64,000 nt of DNA from NCBI RefSeq assembly GCF_963853765.1, contig NC_088859.1:36642001-36706000 (forward strand), written 5' to 3'. Under the pieces are notes generated by a model. It had not been told where the DNA came from. It saw only the letters and a list, made by a program, of their open reading frames with translations, and ran no database searches. The DNA is from Magallana gigas. Lineage: Eukaryota. Position 1 is the first letter of the stretch, and every line of letters starts with the position of its first letter. Positions 23,987-37,065 of this stretch are shown here, piece by piece. A program made the translations under genes and the position numbers.

Positions 23987-24975
23987 CAGAGGCGGATCCA
24001 GCAATTTGGAAAAGGGGGGTTCCAATTGATGATAATCAATACGTGCAAAATTCATTATTTTTCAACAAACAAGGCCTTTTGAACGTTTTCTATGCGTAAA
24101 TTTAATTATCAGTTATCTCGTCAATATCTAATGCATTTCATACCTATTTTAATATCAGAGTGCACTGCATTTATTAAGCGAACAAAAAATGATTCAGACT
24201 TATTACGATTATTATTATTATTTATGTCTTTGATGTTTAAATTCTGAACTATTTATCGATTTTGATTTCTATTGATTGCCTTCTTAAATAAAGGTCTACA
24301 TGATAGGATATGACAAAAAAATGGGGAGACTTTATCTGCTGAATAGATTGTACATGTGTAATACAATGGTACAAGCAACAGTCGTCCCAGGGAACTTGAT
24401 GTGACCTCTGTAATTGGTGCGCAACATCACCCGGCACTAGTACAGATGCGATCATATTCAAGAAAGTTGTGAAAAGTTGTGCATTTACATAATGGTTTAC
24501 ATATAAACCCCTTACACGGTATTTTTGTAATGTAATTTCCGATTCTTGGGGGGGGGGGGGGGAGGCTTCGTTTGTGAATCAGGTATGAAGGTAGCTAGCA
24601 TTCCAGAAAAATAGCATAACCCGCATAAGAAATTCTTTAAATGAGCATTTACATAATGGTTTACATATAAACCCCTTACACGGTATTTTTGTAATGTAAT
24701 TTCCGATTCTTGGGGGGGGGGGGGGGAGGCTTCGTTTGTGAATCAGGTATGAAGGTAGCTAGCATTCCAGAAAAATAGCATAACCCGCATAAGAAATTCT
24801 TTAAATGAGCAATTTTAAAAGCATTTATTTGAGATAATTAAAGTATTTATGGTATAAATGGGAAAAATTGCCTTTAAATAGGCATTACAAGTTTTCCAAA
24901 AAAATCATATGTCCCAGAGAAAGGGGGGTTCCGACCCCCGGAACCCCCCCCCCCCCCCCTCTGGATCCGCCAATG
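23987..24975. mobile_element. Non-autonomous DNA transposon with GGCGGATCCAG TIRs and 5-bp TSD
   Basis: CAGAGGCGGATCCAG...CTGGATCCGCCAATG, flanked by GTTAG on both sides (23982-86, 24976-80). Confidence 0.75.
24481..24811. repeat. Perfect 163-bp tandem duplication inside the transposon
   Basis: Units start at 24481 and 24644; they appear identical, including the G15 tract. Confidence 0.9.
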
Positions 24976-25032
24976 GTTAGTCACCTCTATCAGACATGAT
25001 CAACTGCTAAAATTTATTACATACATAATTAT

Positions 25033-25368
25033 CATAGGCGTCGGAACCGGGGGGGGGGGGGGCTAGGGGGGAGGCTTAGCCCCCCCCCCCCCCCCATTTT
25101 TTTTGCAAAGTTAGACCTAACCATTAAGCATTTAGCATAATAGAGGGTTCAGCCCCCCCCCCCCACTTTTTCTCGCAGGAAAGATTATTGTTCCTAAATT
25201 TACCTTGAAAGTTTGAGAGGTTGGATTCAGGGGCATACTAGCCCCCCCCCCCCCCCCCCCCCCACCACGGATTAAGATTTTCATGATTTTGGGAATTAGT
25301 TTTTTTTTCTCAATATTTCTGAGGATTAGTTTAGCCCCCCCACTTTCAATTTGCTTCCGACGCCAGTG
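25033..25368. mobile_element. G/C-tract MITE with 5-bp TSD
   Basis: CATAGGCGTCGGAA...TTCCGACGCCAGTG, ATTAT duplicated at 25028-32 and 25369-73; internal poly-G/poly-C runs. Confidence 0.8.
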
Positions 25369-26005
25369 ATTATTATTATCAAGATAGTTGTAATGTGATA
25401 CATTATTGGTTTAATTATACTGCAAATGAACACAGCTAGGTCTCTGATTTTTGGAAGTTTATGCATGTGTGTGTGTGGTGGGGGAGGTGGGGTTTGGGGT
25501 GGAGCATTTAAAAATTATGCATTTTTGTGTTTCAAATGTGCTGCAATAGACGTTAGATATTCCTAGAGTGTAATTTCTTCAGCGGATGAAGCGTACTGTA
25601 CATGCATGTACATGTATGTATACCAAATAAGCCAGGATACATGTACATCCTATCCTACACATGTTTTTATGAATTGGCTAACGCATCATAGCGCCGATTT
25701 GGCATAATTGCCGAGGGTTTAACTTTGAAATAAAATACAATTTTCTAAAATAAAATTGAATTAAATCATACTAAACTACACAGTTTAACGTTTTGTAGTA
25801 GACACATATTCAGACTTTTCCGATTACAACATCTGCCGGAAGAGTTCACCGGCGATTTTGCCGTAACATTGCGTGTCGCCTGTTTTGGGTTCTCACTTTA
25901 CAAAGATCTATAAACTGGTTGCCGAAGTCGAGGTGAACCAGTCGCACAGCTGACGAATTTTGCACATCTTGTCAAGTTGGTTTTTTTATGTGATACCCGT
26001 CAAAC

Positions 26006-28963
26006 ATGCTTATTAAGACGAAATTCAAACTTTTCATGTTGTTTACTGCATTTATGTTTATTGTTCTCTTCATTGCAATGATGCTTTTCGCTGGAGAGGT
26101 AAGTTATACTTTTAATAGTCTATTTTCACTTTGGAAACAGTATTACCATATTACATTCGAATTTCCTCCCTCGTATATATATTTAAAAAAGGTTATTATA
26201 TTGTAAGCTCTGTAACACTAAAACTTCTTCTAATCAAAATGCATCTTTGCTTCCTAAGGAGTTCTGATCCGCACCGCTTCTAACGAGAAGCGGTGCGGAT
26301 CAGAAACACTTGGCTAGCGAAGATGATCAAAATGTAGAATTGTCTTAGATTTTCAATTTATTTGTAATTTTACTTCCTCATTAATTTATGATGTGTTGCA
26401 GGACATCTACATTGACGACACCTACAATTACCAGTCACATCACGAAGGTAAAATTTGTTTTTTATTACTTATGGTTTAGCTCATGTTTAAATAAAGAAAG
26501 GCACAATGTTATGACCTTTAGATATTTTTATATTTACAATAAATGCTTTGATGGATGGAACATTACAAAAAGAAAATTAAAGAATGCTTTGGACAGATTG
26601 TGACAAAATCAATTGATTTCGACAACGCCTATTATATTGCAGATCCAGATGCAATAAATCCAGATGAGGAAAAGAAAAAGTCAGGGGAAAAAATAACAGA
26701 ACCGTTGATACTGTGGTGGACACCATTTACTGGTGAACGTGGGAGATACAAACAATGTGGAAATGTCAAGTGTTTCTTCACTGTTAACAGGCATTATATG
26801 AATAATCCACAAACTAAGGTACCTCAAATTGCAGCACAAATGATTTACTAGTTGATATGCATGTAATAAGTAATACTGAATTACATCAGATACATTCAGA
26901 TAACAGAATTTCAATTCAGCAGGCTGTGTTGCAAAAATGTTATGATTTATTTTCATTAAAGTTTATCTTGCCCTGTTACATGGATTATTTTGGTTATTGG
27001 AAATTTCATCTCACAAGTCATTAAAGTGCCCATTTTTCAATGACGATGTATATTTTACTGTTCACTGTGCTTCAGGTGTTCATGTTTTATGGGACCGACT
27101 TCAAGTACTTTGATCTACCACTACCACGAAAACCTCATCATGAGTGGGCATTACTTCATGAAGAGTCTCCGAAAAACAATTATCTCTTCTCCTTTGAAGA
27201 AGTTATGACATTATTTAATCACACTAGTACATTCAGGAGAGAATCGGACTACCCTATCACCACTCAATACGTAGACAGTGCCGCCTGGCTATTCAGTTCC
27301 CACTATCTTCTATCTGCCAAAGAGAAGACAATACAATCCAAAGCCGAGGGCCTGGCCCCAATGATCTACGCACACAGTGACTGTGGCACACCCTCTGACA
27401 GGGACGGTTATATTCATAAACTGATGAAGTACATTAACATAGACTCCTATGGATCATGTGAACATAATAAGAATTTGCCAGATCAGTAAGTGGACTAATT
27501 ATTTACATGAGTACCTGTTGTTATAATGCATGAATATTAACCATTAAATATCATGTAAGCAACCTGTGATTTCATCTGTATTCATTTCTGCATAAACTTA
27601 AAAAAAATATAAACAAATGTCTATGACATAAGAATTTTATTGAAACAAAAACAGATATGGTTTGCAAATTTCAGAAACAATGGTGTAATAATTTTGAAAC
27701 CATTTATTAAACAGGTTTGGTTGCGGTTGTCACAAAAGTATACCTAGTTCAAAATTGGATTTTTATCCAAGCACAGCTAATGATTGCTACATTGTATCAT
27801 AGAAAATATGAATTCGAAACATTATGTATTGTAGGTCAAACTTTATATAAAATATATCTGAAGACTCATTTATAAGCGTTCAAGAATCAATATCTGTTTA
27901 TATATCAGGTCAGTTTTGGCATTTGAATTTTTTAATGTGTGAAATATATACTGATTTCATTTCATTATTCCTTTTCTTCAGTCTCAGAGATCCCTTGAAA
28001 GGCATGTTTCATGAGGATTTTTTCAAACTCATTGCGAAATATAAGTTTGCTCCTGCGATGGAGAATGGTATCTGTAATGACTATGTAACTGAAAAACTTT
28101 GGAGGCCACTGTTTGTTGGAACAATTCCCATTGTTATTGGATCACCTAGAATCAAGGTAAAACAGACATAATTAAATAGATGTGCACACAAAAAATTCCA
28201 TTTTTCATAAAATCAAATTTTTTATTGTTTTAAGCTGCATCTAAAATGTGTTGCCAAAAAATAATCGAAAAGTATCTATTAGACAATTTGAAATGCATGA
28301 AGCGTGTAAATGAAATAGATATTTAACAGTTTATAAAAAAAATCAATATTATGAACATACTACAGCTGTTTTGCACTTGAAACATTTTTTTAATAATTAT
28401 ACATGATGTTACCATTCACACTTGTATCAATTTCTATTGAACAGGATCTCCTCCCCTCCAATAAATCAGCTATCATTGTGGATGACTTTGATTCTATAGA
28501 AGAATTGGCCAACTACCTTAAATTTCTTGATGAAAATGACGAAGAATATGACAAATACTTTGAATGGAAGAGAAGTGGAATAACAAATAAGTTGTTATTA
28601 AGTCTTTTGAAAGACAGAGAGTGGTCCATCAATGACTATGTTTCCAATAATGCTATTAATTTTATCGATGGTTTTGAGTGTTTTGTTTGTAAAAGAATAC
28701 ATGAAAATATACAAAGGGAGAAAGAGGGGAAAAAAAAGTTAAAATTTCAGGCAACTATAGATCATTATGGTTGCCCAGCTCCTGCAAAATTTGATGATAA
28801 AGGAAAGAGAACTTTATATAATGATGACTGGGATTATGAGTATAATCACAGTAAATATTATGCAAAAGCTCTTAGACATCACTTAGATTCTAATAGAACA
28901 GTAGATCGTGGTAGTGTAGCATCAACTGCAAACCGATTCCGAGCAGCGGGAGATCTAAGATGA
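26006..28963 (+). CDS. FUT10/FUT11-family (GT10) fucosyltransferase, paralog B, about 472 aa
   Basis: Exons 26006-26098 (type II TM), 26402-26447, 26643-26818, 27076-27485, 27982-28156, 28445-28963 (1419 nt, phases consistent). Motifs [78 protein letters not shown]. Confidence 0.93.
26242..26326. repeat. Short hairpin element in FUT-B intron 1
   Basis: Perfect 20-bp arms TTCTGATCCGCACCGCTTCT / AGAAGCGGTGCGGATCAGAA around an AACG loop, extended by imperfect outer arms. Confidence 0.8.
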
Positions 28964-30513
28964 CAATTAAAGTAATGTAGGCGATTAAATTTTTTTTTTG
29001 CATTTATAGTTTGAAATGTTTGAACCTCAATTTACTGACTAGGTTTTTTTATACATATATTTTCTCACTTATTAGAAAACTTTAACATACATCTACATTT
29101 ATACCAATCCATATCTACATTGTTAGCGTTTTTACATGTATATAGATGTATATATGGGATATAAAATGGGTGTTGGGAAAGAGTGTCATATGCAATTGGT
29201 CTAAAGAGGAGTCACTGTGCAATATTATTTTATTTTATTTGTAAACACTGAAAATGACGTTGAATTGCAATATTTGGGGTCTATATTCTATCGATGGATT
29301 AAATAAGTTTTTTTTTCAAAGGGTTGGGGGTTGTAAATTTAAATATTTTGGGTGCTAACATCTATATTTTAGAAGGGGGCCCTTTCATAACTTTAATCAA
29401 TTTTGCTTACCTTTATGTAGAGATATAATTATCTTTTGTTCTGACAATGGTTAACAGTCACTTGTCAGAAAACTTAGAAGACTCTTTCAGAGGACTTTAT
29501 CACTTAATGTTGTTTCAATATAAAAACACTCTTCGTATCTATTTTTTTTTTTGGCTTGTATTATTTTAGATTTAATGTGTTTCATCATTTACTGTTTTAT
29601 GTATAATTATCATACAAATCCAAATGTTGATTTTATGAAAATCGCATTGTTTTAGCCATTATAAATGAATTTTTTTTATGTTATTTATCCTTTATCATAA
29701 TTTTTCTAAATCAATACTATCCACTTGTATTTTTTTATGTCTAAAGTTGGTATATCCATTTCTTAATATAAAAAAGGAGTTGACCAATATATGATTTTTA
29801 CAATTTTTAATCTGATTTTTATGATCTCGACTTGTGTAATCTGATTTTGTTTTAGATATATACATGTATGGTGTATTAATGGGTATATTCATGTCAAAGG
29901 TTTCAAATTACGTGTAGAATCAATGGTGTAGTATTTGCGTATTTTACAAATATTGATGCTGTCGTTCAACTGTCTTCCTAATTTTCATTACTATTGATTA
30001 TGATTATTTTTAAAATGTTAATCATATTGTTGCCCATTTATAGTGATTATGGAAATAAATGTGTTAATTAAGAAAAAGTTTTAATTTGAATAGCTTTGAG
30101 AAAGCTGGAAATTCGTCTTAGCTAAATACAGGGTTTATCAAGCAGTTGTCTCTCTTTGCTAGAAGTTATGAGAGGTTATTTTCCAATTAGGCAATATACC
30201 TAAAAGTTACAAAGAACATGTGACGATCCTGTCTGTAATTTGAACACTCCCCAGAAACTATAATCAAATTGAATTTATAAGTAAATAGATAATACATGTA
30301 CAAAGTTATTGATGTATTACTTTTTGAGAACTTGTACAGTTTGAGAAGTCTTGTACAAAATATTTAACATGGCGTGGTTCTTATCAAGTCGACAACACGA
30401 CAGTCCTATCTCGATACATCTTTGACCCTGGACTCATTTCTTTTGGACAGAAGATACACTAAATTTTATGACATATAAATCATAAATTGTAGTATTATGT
30501 ATATGTTTGGAAA

Positions 30514-33500
30514 ATGAGAATTGAGCGCGCTTTCAGATGTTTTTCACTCTGTTTCTTCATACTGTTTGTCGCATTACTGATTCTCTTGTTTGTTCTGGGA
30601 AATGAAGTAAGTAAATATATATGTCAAACATTTCAAAATCTATTTTAAAAATGAATATCCTTATATGTACAAAATTAAAATAAATGATTTTTCAATTATT
30701 TGAGGTCTATATTTTTTATGTAGGAGCCTCGAATTGGGACAGACATGGATGATAAAACTTCCCAAGGTTAGATATGAAGTGATAAGCCGTGTACATGTGT
30801 CTCTCTGTGAGAGTGCATGTTATCATAACTAGTACCGTTTGACTATGTTTACTAGTTCACTTACATGTATATAATGCGCGGATCCGGTTCCGACGGTTAT
30901 TTGAGTTTGCCAGGGGGCCAGGTGGGGGGTCCGAGACATATTTTTCATTATTTTATAATGTACACGGCCGGTTGTGTCTGTCGTGAATTTCACGTGAAAT
31001 CGTTCATGTGAAATTTCACACGAGGCACACATGCCTGTATATTTTTGAAAAATTTGAATTTTGCAGGGTGGGTTGGGGTTGGGGGTTGGTACCCATGACC
31101 CCCCCCCCCCCCCCCCCCCCGGATCCGTGCATCTATATGTACATGAACTGTGGTGACTTGGCGTATGTTTCTTTTTAAACGACTGATTGCATTAGCCACA
31201 TATGCCTGATTGTATTGTCTTCTAGAATCACTATCTACCGCCAAAAGTTAGATGGGTGTGAATATATTTATAACTAAAGGAACAGTCGATTGTCAGTATT
31301 TTTAGCGTTTTACGTTTTACGTATTTTACGAAGGCTGCTAAACAAGAAGTTCTACGTGTTGATTATATTCTGAGTAATATATTATTTAAAGAGAACTGCA
31401 AAATATTTCTAACATAAATATTAAGCATTGGAAGATGAATTTCAAAATTTAGTACATAGATTTGCAATATTTAATTTTGATCAAAGCATCTTCGTTAACC
31501 AAGGGTGACGACCCGCTCCTATATATTGTGATTTACTTTTAAAATTCAAAGGAGTAATGTATATGTTAGAGCTGACACTGGTTTCACTCTTTACCATGCA
31601 GATTCACAACGACCGGAAATCAGGGAGCCAATCATACTGTGGTGGACGGACGGCGACGATCAACTAAACGAGTACTTAGACTGTGGTGACGTCAGATGTT
31701 TTGTCACCGGAAATAGGAATCTCACCAATGATCCTCAAACAAAGGTCCCTTATAGAACTTCGCGAATATCGCATTGATAATAATTATAGGAAAGACAAAT
31801 TCCCAGATTTTTGTAAACGTATATTTCATATCAATTTATCATGATACTTGAATTGATAGTAATCAGTGTCTTCCATCTTCATTTAAAGGTGTTCATGTTT
31901 TACGGAACGACATTTAAGTACTACGACCTGCCTTTACCCAGAAAACCCCACCATGAATGGGCCCTTGTCCACGAGGAATCCCCTATGAACAACTTTCTCT
32001 TTTCGTTTGAGGGGGTCATGACCTTGTTCAATCATACCAGTACATTCAGAAGGGAATCGGATTACCCTCTCGCCACTCAGTTCCTGAAAAGCGGCGAATG
32101 GCTCGCCAGCACAAAGCATCTACTCTCTGCGAAAGAGAAAAGCATCCAATCCGAGCGCTTGAAGTTAGCCCCGGTGATATTTGTGAACACAGACTGCGGT
32201 ACTGGTTCTGACAGAGACGGTTATGTACAACTTCTGATGAAGTACGTTCAAGTCGATTCGTATGGACTGTGTCTACACAACAGAGATTTACCTCAGAGGT
32301 AAGTGAAGATTTTTTTTTGGCTTGAACCAATCATTAATGATATTTTTATTATTATTAAGATAGTAAATTATTGTCTTGGAATTTCAAGAGACGAAAAGTA
32401 CCATCCTGTTTCTTGTATGTTTCTTTCACTCACAAAAATGAAAGGTGCTTAAAGGTGGAAACTTTTTCTATTGCCTAAAATTTTGGTCACCCCCCCCCCC
32501 CTCCTTTAATTAAAAAAATAATAATGCTACAATCATACATGTATTTTACATGCAAGGCATGCAATACATAGTACCGACTTTTCAATGCACCACGATTTAT
32601 AGTATTGAACCAAAATCGAACCGAATCTAGCAAACCCAGAATCGTTCCAAATTCATAATCATATGAACTGGTTACGGTAGTCTTAAAACTCAAATTAATA
32701 TTTGTCCTAAAGCTTACGAGATCCATTGGAAAACATGCTAGACGACGAATTCTTCCAGCTTATCGCAAAATACAAGTTTGCCATCGCAATTGAGAACGCT
32801 ATCTGTGAGGATTATGTGACGGAGAAACTGTGGAGACCACTACATGTCGGGACCATCCCTATCGTGCTAGGCTCGCCCAGAATAAAGGTTAGTCACTTTT
32901 ACTTTCTCTTTACGATAAATTCGTTAAGTTTTTAAAAGAAAGATGTAAATATAAAGAATAAAATGGTTTCTTTGATTATTAATGCGAGTTATGAATGTAG
33001 TGATCATTGCCAAAAAAAAAAAACCCCAAAAACCCACATATAACACGCGGGTTATGTTTCTTTTCTGCAATGTCGCTACCTTTTTTCCCGCATGCATATG
33101 AATCCCCAACGAAGTATGCTGTTGTTTGAGAGAATTTCTCAAAGTTCATAGCGAAGTCAAATTTTCGATTTGTAGCTTAAAAACCGTAAACAAAAAAGAA
33201 TACTAGTATTTGATTGACGAAGATCTTTTGATTAGACAATGAAGTAGTAGGTTATGTTCTAAGCAAGATAGATTTATATAAAGTAAAATTTTAGCGATTA
33301 AAAAAGTGCCCAGTCGTTTCGCTCCCTCCGCCTCATTCTTAATTGCTAAAATTTTACTTCATGTAATCTAACTACATGTATTACATAGAAAATTCTTTTA
33401 TTAATTGTACCTCTTAGAAAAGCTTTCTGTGAAATCGAATACTAGACAGTAATGATGTTAATTTTAGTTTCACCCTTTAACTTCTGTTGCTTCATCTCTA

Positions 33501-34038
33501 GGACTTGCTTCCGTCCAATAAATCCGCCATTGTTGTGGACGATTATGACTCTGTAGAAGATATCGCTAGATACATCAACCATCTTGACTCAAACGACGAG
33601 GAATACGACCAATATTTCAACTGGAAGAAGACTGGAATAACTAATGACTATCTGCTGAAACTTTTGGCAGCAAGAGACTGGGAAGTCGATTATGGGCCTG
33701 ATGTGAAAGGCAAAGATTTTTTCGAGGGTTTTGAGTGTTTCGTATGCCGAAGAGTTCATGAAAATATAAGGAGAGAGAAAGATGGAAAAGATCCATTGAG
33801 ATATCAAGCTGCCCTAAACCACTATGGATGTCCAGCTCCAGTGAAGGTTAACGATAAAGGACAAAGAACATTGGAAAACGATATTTTTATGGAATCATTT
33901 ACCAAACACAAGTATCTGGCAAAGGCCCTTCAATATCATTCAGATAAAAACTTGCTAGTTGATGAAGAGAGTATTCAACAAACAGCAGACAAAATATCAA
34001 AAAACAATGGGAAGCTTGCAACACAAGAGACAAAGTAG
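30514..34038 (+). CDS. FUT10/FUT11-family (GT10) fucosyltransferase, paralog C, about 466 aa
   Basis: Exons 30514-30606 (TM), 30724-30766, 31602-31744, 31889-32298, 32713-32887, 33502-34038 (1401 nt). Exons 1, 4 and 5 have the same lengths as in paralog B (93, 410, 175 nt). Same GT10 motifs ([25 protein letters not shown]). Confidence 0.92.
30873..31133. mobile_element. GGATCC-TIR MITE with 5-bp TSD in FUT-C intron 2
   Basis: ATGCGCGGATCCGG...CCGGATCCGTGCAT; TATAT at 30868-72 and 31134-38; internal C22 tract. Confidence 0.75.
33281..33359. repeat. Hairpin (21-bp arms, GC-rich loop) in FUT-C intron 5, probable remnant of a hairpin-ended element
   Basis: AAGTAAAATTTTAGCGATTAA / TTAATTGCTAAAATTTTACTT with 1 mismatch and a 37-nt loop. 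Confidence 0.6.
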
Positions 34039-37000
34039 AGTTTAAAACCAAGTTACCAATATTTTACATCCTATTTTGTTGGTATTTCATCAATATAAAT
34101 GGGTTTCATTAATTTGCATTTCTATTTGTATCTGCGATATAAAGCTGGAGGTTTATTCTTCAGCCCTAAGATGTACCTGTAAGTTGATGGTAAATGTACA
34201 CTTACTATATATTTGGATAAAATATTATACAAATATCACGAAGTACACGGTAAAACTTTCACATTCCTAAAATTAACAAATTATTCATACAAATATTTAA
34301 ATAACTTCTTTTGAGACGTAAATAAATGCTATGACGTAGCTATCATGACGAGAAAAACTCTGTAAACCGCTGCTGATTCGTATTTGTATGCAATATTAGA
34401 TAGGTATCTTTATACCCGTATGAACCATCAAAGAAATCCTTCGTTTGTTTGATTAAATATATTCTAAACTTCGAATGGAGAGAACGTGTTCTGGGTCATC
34501 CATATGCATGTTTATTTTAACATAAGAAAGGGAAAATATCACTCTACTTTCAGTTATTAAACCGTGAAGACAGTTATGCCAATGCCAAAATGGCATTTTA
34601 GCAGCCGTCTAAGAAGCAGTTTCAAATGAAAATGATATCTGCCAAAACTGCCGTAAGAAAGAACATTGCCTGTACAGTATACTATATTATTGCTTCTTTA
34701 AGGTATCTCACCTGAGGGTAAAAACCTTATCTTTAAAAATTAAAATCCCTTATGAAATGATAATTTCTATTGAAGATGTCACTAAAATACACGTGTTTAA
34801 GTTGCCTCTATGTAATGCTTATCATATGGGATACTAGTTGATGATTTAAACAAAACAAAACTGCTCAATAGACGAGTGCAAAATTGCTTAAGTATGGGCT
34901 GTTTATACGCAAACCTTCAAAACTCAGAATCTCATGAACGCGCACAAAGTGTTTCTTGCTCTCTAAAATACAACTGAAAATTAAAAAATTATATACATGT
35001 ATCATACGGATCCCATTGATTAAAGTTACGAATATTATCAAGATGTTTTGTAATAGTTTATGGTGAACGTTAACGTTACTTTTCCTTTTTTTAAGTATAT
35101 GATTATACATCGTGAAGCAGTGTACATTTGACGGACGATTTTATTGTTTTCTCGTCTAGAACAACGTCTAGATATCCCCAGGTCAGTCAGAACAAATGAG
35201 AACCCCAGTTCCATTTCAAAAAGCCCTTATGCTTTCTTATACATTCAAGTACACCAATTTCATATCTTTGTAACCATTAAACGATTGTAGAGTTTTTTCT
35301 CTTTTGTCAAACAAGTGAATGAATAAAACATTGAATGCTAATTTGGTTCAAACTTAAGTTATTTTGCTCAAAGGAGGCGAATTAATATTCATATGTACAA
35401 ATTAAAAGCTATACCATGGCCACAAATTTGAGGGAGAATCAAATCTCGTACACGATAAATTTGACAATAAAATAGTTTATGTTTTACGATTACAATAAGT
35501 AAATAAATGTTGGACGAAGAATCGGGACGAAAACGTTGGTTTTTGGTCATTGAGAATGTAACCGACGGTCGTTTAAGACAAAAATCAGGGATGATTAATT
35601 TTATGTTTTATGAACAAAATTGTTCAAATGTTTTTCGAAATATGCTTATCTCGACTTGAATGTATGCACACAGTAAATGAAAATCAAGGTTGCTTGCCGT
35701 GTGAAAACGTAGGTGCTTCCACGAACATAATTTATATGGCATTTTTGTTTTGTAACATATTTGCATACAAACTCGCATTATGAACATGTTACTATAAAGA
35801 TCGAGTTGTTTTAACGATGCAATTTTGCTACACGGATACTCTGTTTTCCTTATAATGGTTTCCTTTTTATTTGTATTATATTGTACTTTATTATTAATTA
35901 GATTTTTGTAAATAGTCTTACGTGCTTTAAAGTTGTATTTTGTCCAACGCTCGCGTTTAATTTTGTTTTTCATTTTCTTAATTGATGTTTGTGGTTGAAT
36001 AAGGCAATGATTTATTCGACCTTTCTGTAAAAGGCCATGGTTATATTATGTTAGAAATGTCTTCATAGCGTTTTGTGTTTTTCTTTTTTTGAGGGGTGTT
36101 GGGGAAATTCGACAAATTTTCATTCATTTCATATATACCTTATGATATCTTTATCACAATATTTCTTGTTTTTTATAGGATACGATCTACCTTTTATTAA
36201 CGATGACGGTGGTTTTCTTAAATGACTTACCTTGTACCGATGAAATAAATTTTTGCTAAAGGAACTCTTGAAACTGAAGTTACTGAATACTGCAAATCCA
36301 TTTCAAAGCTTTTTTGATAAAATAATTTTGGGGAATCTAACAGCTCATCTTTCTTTGTCCACTTCAAAGCTTTTCTATCTAAAAAAAAATCATTCTATGA
36401 ACTGTTTTAACTTTTTGGACCTTTTAGATATAACGTATGACATTAATAGCTCTTCATGATTATATACAAACCTTTCATCTCAACAATATTTTCATAAAGA
36501 TTTTTTTGACAAACTGCAATAATTGCAGTATTCGTTATTAAATGTAATGTATTTTCACGAGCAATTCACATCCACAAAGACTCCAAAGAAAAAAACGAAA
36601 CATTTTCTTTCTGAAATTATCACAAATTTGCAGACTCAGAAATATTTTTTAATTTTCCCTTATCTTTGATGGTCTGATTTTTATTGCTTATCAAAAGAAA
36701 ATCGAATTGATTGACAACTCTATTTGCCTGTATATACATAATTATACTTACAGACTACGCAATATATTTCATTCAGGTAGAATAAAAGATGTCATGCGGG
36801 ATTTTTTTAAGTTATAAATTGGACTCTTTTCATAACTGATCATTTATCACCCAACCTACAAGCGTCAAGTTCACTTGTGCGGCTTAGGAGGTTTGATTGG
36901 CATGCAGTCGTATTTTAAAGAATAAACGGGACATGTCCGGATCTTTTGTTATCTAATTAGCATGGACGGATGAACATTAGATCCACCTAGATTTACCAAC

Positions 37001-37065
37001 AGTACACTGAAAAGAAGAGGGTACGCCTAAATTACTTGCATCAGCTGGTTGGTATTGAGGGGAAA

